Below are positions 28,983 to 34,267 of a DNA stretch of 34,267 nt, one piece after another. The translations under genes were made by a program, and so were the position numbers. Numbering within the stretch: position 1 is the first letter of the stretch; every line of letters starts with the position of its first letter. Origin of the DNA: an uncultured Clostridia bacterium (GTDB lineage: Bacteria > Bacillota > Clostridia > UBA1381 > UMGS1253); the NCBI GenBank assembly GCA_937892135.1, contig CALAUK010000092.1, forward strand, positions 1 to 34,267. The letters are read 5' to 3'. Under the pieces are notes generated by a model that saw nothing but the letters and a program-made list of their open reading frames with translations, was not told the origin of the DNA and ran no database searches.

Positions 28983-30941
28983 ATGACAGAAAACTATTCC
29001 GAATACGAATATTTATCACTGCTTGCAAAAAGATATCCGACTATTGCCTCAGCGGCAACGGAAATTATAAATTTGCAGGCTATTTTGAACTTGCCTAAAG
29101 GTACAGAGCACTTTATGAGTGATTTGCACGGGGAATATGAGGCGTTTTTGCATATATTAAAAAATGCTTCGGGTGTTATAAAGAATAAAATTCATAATGT
29201 CTTTTCAAACACTCTTTCAAAAGCGGAAAGAGATTCTCTTGCTACACTCATTTATTATCCCGAGCAGAAGCTTTCTCATATAAAGAAAAACTGCGAAAAC
29301 CTTGAAGACTGGTATAAAATAACCTTATACAGGCTGATTGAAATGTGCCGAAGCACAAGCTCGAAATACACTCGTTCAAAGGTTAGAAAGGCACTTCCAA
29401 AGGATTTTGAGTACATTTTAGACGAATTAATTCACACAAATGATTTAAGCTCTGACAAGCAGGAGTACTATAATCAGATTATTAAGACAATTATAAAAAC
29501 TGACAGAGCAGATGCTTGCATAATTGATTTGGCAAAGCTTATTCAAAGATTTGCTATTGACCATCTTCACATAATCGGAGATATTTTTGACAGAGGTCCC
29601 AGAGCTGATATAATTATGGATGAGCTTATGCGTTATCACAGCGTGGATATCCAGTGGGGAAATCACGATATCGTGTGGATGGGTGCTGCGGGTGGCAGCG
29701 AGGCATGTATCGCAAATGTTATAAAAAACAGCTTAAAATATAATAATTTTGGTGTTCTTGAAGATGGCTATGGTATAAATACCAGACCTCTTACTACATT
29801 CGCGGTTGAAGCATATAAAGATGATGAATGTCTTTTGTTTATGCCTAAAAACCCCGAAAATGTTGACACGGGTACGGAAGATGCAGTGTCAGCAAAGATA
29901 CATAAGGCAATAACAATAATATTATTTAAGCTTGAGGCGCAGGTTATAAAACGCCATCCCGAGTATGAGATGGACGGCCGTACAATGCTTGATTTTGTTG
30001 ACTATAAAAAAGGCACAATTACTATTAGCGGCAATGAATATAAGCTTTTAGACACAAGCTTTCCGACAATTGACCCCGAAAATCCCTTTGAGCTTACTGA
30101 GCAGGAGAAGGATGTTGTTGCAAGGCTTAGACAGTCATTTTTGCACAGCGAAAAGCTTCAGGCCCATGTTAAGTTTTTATTTTCAAAAGGAAATATGTAC
30201 AAAGCGTATAACAATAATCTTTTGTATCACGGATGCGTTCCGCTTGAGAAAAACGGAGACTTCTCAAAGGTAAGAATCTTCGGCGAGGAGCTTTCAGGAA
30301 AAGCCTTTGTTGACAGAGCTGAAAAGGCCGCAAGATGCGGATATTTCGCAAGCGGCAAAGAAAAACAAAACGGACTTGACTTTTTGTGGTATCTGTGGTG
30401 CGGAAGTAAATCTCCATTGTTTGGTAAGGATAAGATGGCGACCTTTGAAAGATGTCTTATTGAAGACGAGAAAACTCATAAGGAAGAAAAAGATTCATAT
30501 TATAAGCTTATTGAGAATGCCGAGGTTTGCGAAAGAATTTTAAATGAATTCGGGCTTACTGAAAAGGGAGCTCATATTATAAACGGTCACGTTCCCGTTC
30601 AGATTAAAAAAGGGGAGAGCCCCGTTAAAGCGGGCGGCAAGCTTTTGGTTATTGACGGTGGTCTTTCAAAGGCGTATCAGGAAAAGACGGGAATTGCGGG
30701 ATATACTCTTATTTATAATTCCTATGGTCTTGTGCTTTCATCTCATGAACCGTTTGAATCTGTTCAGGCTGCGATTGAGTATGAAAAGGATATGCATTCC
30801 GAGTCTGTGATACTGGAAAGCTCTCTGACACGAAAGAAAGTTATGGACACTGATATAGGTAAGCAGCTTAAGAAAAATATTGCCGAGCTTGAAAAGCTGT
30901 TAAAGGCTTACAGAGAAGGCGTTCTTACAGAAAAATTTTAA
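28983..30941 (+). CDS. fbp: Fructose-1,6-bisphosphatase class 3 (Firmicute YydE type)
   Basis: About 650 aa. Metallophosphoesterase motifs in the class-3 FBPase context: HFMSDLHGEYE, HIIGDIFDRGPR, WGNHD and INGHVPV. Confidence 0.88.
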   Translation: MTENYSEYEYLSLLAKRYPTIASAATEIINLQAILNLPKGTEHFMSDLHGEYEAFLHILKNASGVIKNKIHNVFSNTLSKAERDSLATLIYYPEQKLSHIKKNCENLEDWYKITLYRLIEMCRSTSSKYTRSKVRKALPKDFEYILDELIHTNDLSSDKQEYYNQIIKTIIKTDRADACIIDLAKLIQRFAIDHLHIIGDIFDRGPRADIIMDELMRYHSVDIQWGNHDIVWMGAAGGSEACIANVIKNSLKYNNFGVLEDGYGINTRPLTTFAVEAYKDDECLLFMPKNPENVDTGTEDAVSAKIHKAITIILFKLEAQVIKRHPEYEMDGRTMLDFVDYKKGTITISGNEYKLLDTSFPTIDPENPFELTEQEKDVVARLRQSFLHSEKLQAHVKFLFSKGNMYKAYNNNLLYHGCVPLEKNGDFSKVRIFGEELSGKAFVDRAEKAARCGYFASGKEKQNGLDFLWYLWCGSKSPLFGKDKMATFERCLIEDEKTHKEEKDSYYKLIENAEVCERILNEFGLTEKGAHIINGHVPVQIKKGESPVKAGGKLLVIDGGLSKAYQEKTGIAGYTLIYNSYGLVLSSHEPFESVQAAIEYEKDMHSESVILESSLTRKKVMDTDIGKQLKKNIAELEKLLKAYREGVLTEKF

Positions 30942-30946
30942 TTTTA

Positions 30947-30987
30947 AACAAAAACAGATGCATTGCATCTGTTTTTGTTGTTTTATT
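30947..30987 (+). terminator. Rho-independent terminator after fbp
   Basis: Near-perfect 16-bp inverted repeat, AACAAAAACAGATGCA and TGCATCTGTTTTTGTT, followed by GTTTTATTT. Confidence 0.75.
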
Positions 30988-31019
30988 TGCGAAAACTTAA
31001 TGAAATTTGAAAAAATCAC

Positions 31020-31048
31020 TTGACAAACAGTGCAAATTATATTATAAT
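31020..31048 (+). promoter_or_regulatory. Consensus sigma-A promoter for tRNA-Pro
   Basis: TTGACA (31020-25), exactly 17 nt, then TATAAT (31043-48). It lies 32 nt upstream of the tRNA 5' end. Confidence 0.65.
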
Positions 31049-31080
31049 AGTTAATGCTGATTGAAGTCAGCAAAATATAT

Positions 31081-31157
31081 CTGGGTGTGGCGCAGTTTGG
31101 TAGCGTGCTTGAATGGGGTTCAAGAGGCCGGGAGTTCAAGTCTCCCCACTCAGACCA
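31081..31157 (+). tRNA. tRNA-Pro (anticodon GGG), CCA encoded
   Basis: Hand-folded cloverleaf. Acceptor CTGGGTG pairs with CACTCAG (C1:G72, one G-U). D arm GCGC/AGTTTGGTA/GCGT. Anticodon stem CTTGA/TCAAG with loop A-T-GGG-G-T (G37). Variable loop AGGCC. T arm GGGAG/TTCAAGT/CTCCC. Discriminator A, then CCA. Confidence 0.85.
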
Positions 31158-31197
31158 AAAAAAATCGTATCCTTTGGGATACGATATTTTTTTGTTT
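31158..31197 (+). terminator. Rho-independent terminator after tRNA-Pro
   Basis: ATCGTATCC (31164-72), loop TTTG, GGATACGAT (31177-85), then ATTTTTTTG. Confidence 0.75.
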
Positions 31198-31305
31198 AAA
31201 ACACCATACCATAAAATATATAGCAACTATACTTTATTTAATTATTTAAAATGCACTAAAATTGTTTTATAATATAGTGTATAAAATGAAGGAGGTTAGT
31301 TTTTT

Positions 31306-31695
31306 ATGATTTATGGTGTGGCACTTCTTGCCGGCTGTATGTTTATAGGCTCATTTGTCGGAAATCTGTTAGGACTCTGGACAGGGCTTAACTCCGATAT
31401 CGGTGGAGTTGGATTTGCAATGATTTTACTCTTGCTTTTAACCAACTCAAAAAAGGTGAATAAGCTTTTGCCTGAGGGATATGAGAAGGGAATTAATTTC
31501 TGGAAAGAGATGTTTATCCCGGTTATTATAGCTATGTCAGCATCACAAAATGTTGTAAGCGCTCTTGATGGCGGCGTTCTTGCTTTGGTTTTAGGTGTTG
31601 GAATAGTTGTTATTATGCTTCTTCTTATTCCTGTTTTTAATATGTTTTCGCCAAAGGAAGACAAAGGTGAAGTGAAGGAGGAGGTAGAGAAATGA
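31306..31695 (+). CDS. madL: Small integral membrane subunit, MadL-like (malonate/organic-acid transporter small subunit)
   Basis: 129 aa with 4 predicted TM helices. Size and N-terminus (MIYGVALLAGC.FIG...G.LLG) fit the MadL family as I recall it. Translationally coupled (ATGA) to the next gene. The family call was not verified by search. Confidence 0.45.
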   Translation: MIYGVALLAGCMFIGSFVGNLLGLWTGLNSDIGGVGFAMILLLLLTNSKKVNKLLPEGYEKGINFWKEMFIPVIIAMSASQNVVSALDGGVLALVLGVGIVVIMLLLIPVFNMFSPKEDKGEVKEEVEK

Positions 31696-32462
31696 AAGCG
31701 TTAGCAGATATTATCGTAGGTTTATTTACAGACAATGCATTTGTTATGTCATTTTTGATAGTAGGCGTAATTGCTATGCTTGCCAATGTGGTTTCAAAGC
31801 TTACGGGTGGCAGAATTCACTCATCTGCAATTGCGATATTTTTAGGCCTTGTTCTCGCTTACATAGGCGGAAAAGTGACAGGCGGCTCAAAGGGCTTGGC
31901 TGATGTTACGATTTTTACAGGAGTAGGAGTTCTTGGTGCTTCCACACTTCGTGATTTTACAATTGTTTCAACCTCTTTTGGCGCAAAGCTGTCTGAAATT
32001 AAAAAGTGCGGTCTTGTAGGCGTTATTGCACTTCTTACAGGTGTAGTGCTTACATTCATTATTGGCGCTTTGGTGGCTTTCGCATTCGGATATCGTGACG
32101 CTGCCAGCGTTTCCACTATTGCGGCAGGCGCAACTACCTTTGTAGTAGGTCCTGTTACAGGTGCGGCAGTAGGAGCAGATTCGGCAGTTATTGCAATTTC
32201 TATTGCAGTAGGCGTATTTAAGTCTATCTCAGTAATGCTTATTACTCCCATATTAGCAAAGAAAATCGGACTTAACACTCCCCGTGCAGCAATGGTGTTC
32301 GGCGGTTTGATGGGAACAACCAGCGGAACAACAGCCGGTCTTGCAGCAACAGACCCCAAGCTTGTGCCCTATGGTGCAATGACATCTACATTCTATACGG
32401 GAATGGGTTGTCTTCTTTGCCCGTCAGTATTATATTTTCTGGTAAAAATATTCTTGCCGTAA
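31692..32462 (+). CDS. madM: Large integral membrane subunit, MadM-like (Na+-dependent malonate/organic-acid transporter)
   Basis: 256 aa, very hydrophobic and Gly/Ala-rich, about 7-8 TM helices. The ~129 + ~255 aa two-gene architecture with overlapping stop/start matches MadL/MadM. Confidence 0.45.
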   Translation: MKALADIIVGLFTDNAFVMSFLIVGVIAMLANVVSKLTGGRIHSSAIAIFLGLVLAYIGGKVTGGSKGLADVTIFTGVGVLGASTLRDFTIVSTSFGAKLSEIKKCGLVGVIALLTGVVLTFIIGALVAFAFGYRDAASVSTIAAGATTFVVGPVTGAAVGADSAVIAISIAVGVFKSISVMLITPILAKKIGLNTPRAAMVFGGLMGTTSGTTAGLAATDPKLVPYGAMTSTFYTGMGCLLCPSVLYFLVKIFLP

Positions 32463-32466
32463 AATA

Positions 32467-32497
32467 AAAAGTGACTGTTTTAAAACAGTCACTTTTT
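32467..32497. terminator. Bidirectional terminator between madM-like gene and LysR gene
   Basis: Perfect palindrome AAAAGTGACTGTTTT and AAAACAGTCACTTTT (32467-32496), with A/T runs on both sides, between convergent genes. Confidence 0.7.
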
Positions 32498-32503
32498 ATA
32501 TTG

Positions 32504-33358
32504 TTATTTATGAGTTTTCAGCATTTGTGTGAAAAGCTGTACTGTGTTTGAACTTGATTTGTTAGTATAAATATAGGAATCTCTGTATAAACCATCATCG
32601 ATTTTTAACAGAGCGATATCGGTGCTGATTTGGTTTTCCCATGAAATTTCAGGGAAAAATGTAACTCCAAGCCCCAGTTTTACATAATTTTGTATGTACT
32701 TGGGGTCATCACATTCGATTATAATATCCGGATTTAGTTTCTTTTGTTCAAAGTACGTATCTGTACATCGCCTCAGGCTACTGCCTTTGGGCATGCAAAT
32801 AAACTTTTCGGCATTCAGTTCGCTAAATGAAACATTTTTTTTCTTAGCCAGCCGACTGTTTTTGTGTGTGGCAAGAAAAAGCTCCTCGCGAAGCCAAAAA
32901 TATTTATCAAAATGGTCTGTTTCTATATTCAGGTCTGTAACTATAATATCATATTTATTGATATGCAACGGAGAAATTGTTTCCTGGTGTTTAATATTAA
33001 TCGAAATTTTGGGATATTTAGTTATAAATTCTGATATTGTATTCGTAACATTTTGCCTGTTCGTAAGTATAAGCAATCTCAATTCGCCAAACGGAGTTTG
33101 CAATAAATCATAAATTTCTGCTTTTGCTTTGTTAAACAAATTTTCGGATTTTTCAATAGCATTCAATAATATTTTACCATATTCATTAAGGCTTATTCTG
33201 TTGGCTGTTCTGTCAAAGAGGGGAACGCCTATTTCATTTTCAAGTTTTTTTATACTGGCTGAAATGCCGGAGGTGGGAACCATAAAATGTTGTGCGGTAT
33301 GCGAGAAATTTTCGGTTTTAGCAGCATGACTAAAATATTTTAATTGTAATATTTCCAT
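32504..33358 (-). CDS. LysR-family transcriptional regulator
   Basis: N-terminal wHTH: MEILQLKYFSHAAKTENFSHTAQHFMVPTSGISASIKKLENEIGVPLFDRT. C-terminal substrate-binding-like domain of about 200 aa. Confidence 0.88.
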   Translation of the reverse strand: MEILQLKYFSHAAKTENFSHTAQHFMVPTSGISASIKKLENEIGVPLFDRTANRISLNEYGKILLNAIEKSENLFNKAKAEIYDLLQTPFGELRLLILTNRQNVTNTISEFITKYPKISINIKHQETISPLHINKYDIIVTDLNIETDHFDKYFWLREELFLATHKNSRLAKKKNVSFSELNAEKFICMPKGSSLRRCTDTYFEQKKLNPDIIIECDDPKYIQNYVKLGLGVTFFPEISWENQISTDIALLKIDDGLYRDSYIYTNKSSSNTVQLFTQMLKTHK

Positions 33359-33482
33359 AGTATAACTTCCTTTCTGCTGTATTTTATATATGCTACTATT
33401 ATTATACTATACATTTTAAATTATAGCAAATATTGTAATAAATTATATGATATTCTAAATGGATAAGGGGGTATAAAATAAT

Positions 33483-33839
33483 ATGATAAATGCAAATCCT
33501 TTATTTGATAATGAATTTCTAAATAATTTATTTAATAATAAATTTGAGTTTATTCCAGAATTTCCAGGCGTAACAACGATGGCAGGTTCTAATAAAAAAA
33601 CTGAATTTGATCTTCTTGTAGTTGATAAGTTAACACAAGAAAAAACATTAATAGAATTTAAATACAATGAATTTAATTGTTACTTAGTAGCAATATATGA
33701 TCCTTCAAGAATAAGCGTTGTTACAAAAGAAAAACTTGCAAACAAACAAAGTGTTGTTATTAACGCTATTTTAAAAAATAATGATTTTAATTTACTCATC
33801 GCAATCCCCCAAAACACGATAATTAATATTATATATTAA
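33483..33839 (+). CDS. Hypothetical protein (orphan ORF in very AT-rich DNA; possibly a gene remnant)
   Basis: 118-aa ORF with AAGGGGG about 11 nt upstream. Asn/Ile/Lys/Phe-rich, reflecting roughly 20-25% G+C. No confident family assignment. Confidence 0.35.
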   Translation: MINANPLFDNEFLNNLFNNKFEFIPEFPGVTTMAGSNKKTEFDLLVVDKLTQEKTLIEFKYNEFNCYLVAIYDPSRISVVTKEKLANKQSVVINAILKNNDFNLLIAIPQNTIINIIY

Positions 33840-33879
33840 CGTTATTTTACCACATTCGATTTATTTTTACAAATAAATT

Positions 33880-34267
33880 TTATTTAGATCTTGAGAAAAA
33901 GTGTATAAAAGATTTATTTGAAAAGTTGAAAAAGTAGTTTAAAAATGATTCTTTAGTGGTGTATAACGAGCCTAAAATTATTAAGGGCTTGTTATTTTTC
34001 TGCGCTTCGATTTTTGCTTTTTCGTAGGCTTCCTTTGCATACTTATTTACATTTTCGGTAGCCTTTTCGCTGATGCGTGCAGGGATGATATGTTCACTCA
34101 TACCGGGAACATATTTTGATTCAAAATCGTAAAATTCACTTGTTGGAACAATTTCGATGATAGGATAAACCTCAGGGTTATCATTACCTACAACGGGTAC
34201 GGAAATTTCAACACCCGACACAAACTGTTCTGCAAGCATAATGTCGCCATATTTGAAAAATTCTTCA
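33880..34267 (-). pseudogene. ddl: D-alanine--D-alanine ligase fragment (middle part only; 5' end outside the window, 3' part replaced by unrelated AT-rich sequence)
   Basis: The minus strand reads ...EEFFKYGDIMLAEQFVSGVEISVPVVGNDNPEVYPIIEIVPTSEFYDFESKYVPGMSEHIIPARISEKATENVNKYAKEAYEKA, a good match to the Ddl ATP-grasp central region. After codon GCA (34015-17) the expected LGCRG..R.D...NE.NT.PG block is absent. The frame runs on through KIEAQKNNKPLIILGSLYTT... to a stop at 33880. Confidence 0.55.

Noticed and set aside
30900-31272. Three ORFs (108 aa minus strand; 72 and 62 aa plus strand) overlapping the tRNA locus
   Set aside because: They span a terminator, a consensus promoter and a well-folding tRNA-Pro, so coding is implausible.
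31859-32359. 166-aa ORF on the minus strand
   Set aside because: It is antisense to the Gly/Ala-rich madM-like gene. The P/A/T/V-rich translation is a mirror artefact of GCN/GGN codons, and there is no start context.
32694-33113. 139-aa ORF on the plus strand (and the 66-aa ORF at 33129..33329)
   Set aside because: Both are antisense to the clearly recognisable LysR regulator. They are serine/leucine/phenylalanine-rich and have no RBS.
31081-34017. Classical tRNA-flanked genomic island or prophage remnant
   Set aside because: I saw no integrase, recombinase, transposase or phage genes, and no direct repeat of the tRNA 3' half downstream. I keep only the weaker claim of a variable, lower-GC region.

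Overview
This is a chromosomal core region of a low-GC Firmicute. It looks like a spore-forming Clostridia member (SpoIIP, RicT, class-3 FBPase, KOW gene between map and infA). Almost everything is on the + strand.

- **Left third:** the 3' end of rimI, then tsaD, then a 747-aa protein with two TIR-like modules plus Sel1/TPR repeats. These are followed by darA-holB-ricT, a 56-aa 2x[4Fe-4S] ferredoxin (below the ORF-track cutoff), a secreted phosphodiester glycosidase, an ABC exporter, the CCA-adding enzyme and a convergent spoIIP.
- **Middle (13.1-28.9 kb):** a complete S10-spc-alpha ribosomal superoperon, rpsJ to rplQ. It includes rpmD and rpmJ (both missing from the ORF track), secY, adk, map, infA and rpoA. 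It is driven by a consensus sigma-A promoter with phased A-tracts and a structured leader of about 310 nt. An unusual 242-nt structured spacer precedes rpsM.
- **Right end:** fbp, a stand-alone tRNA-Pro(GGG), a MadL/MadM-like two-subunit transporter and a LysR regulator. Then comes a very AT-rich segment of about 650 bp with an orphan ORF, abutting a ddl gene that has lost its 3' end.

I saw no CRISPR array, transposase or integrase. The best candidate for something new is the NTPase-less tandem-TIR/TPR protein wedged between housekeeping blocks. The two ribosomal-operon leader RNAs and the decayed AT-rich junction are secondary candidates. All calls come from reading the sequence and from family knowledge; no database search was possible.
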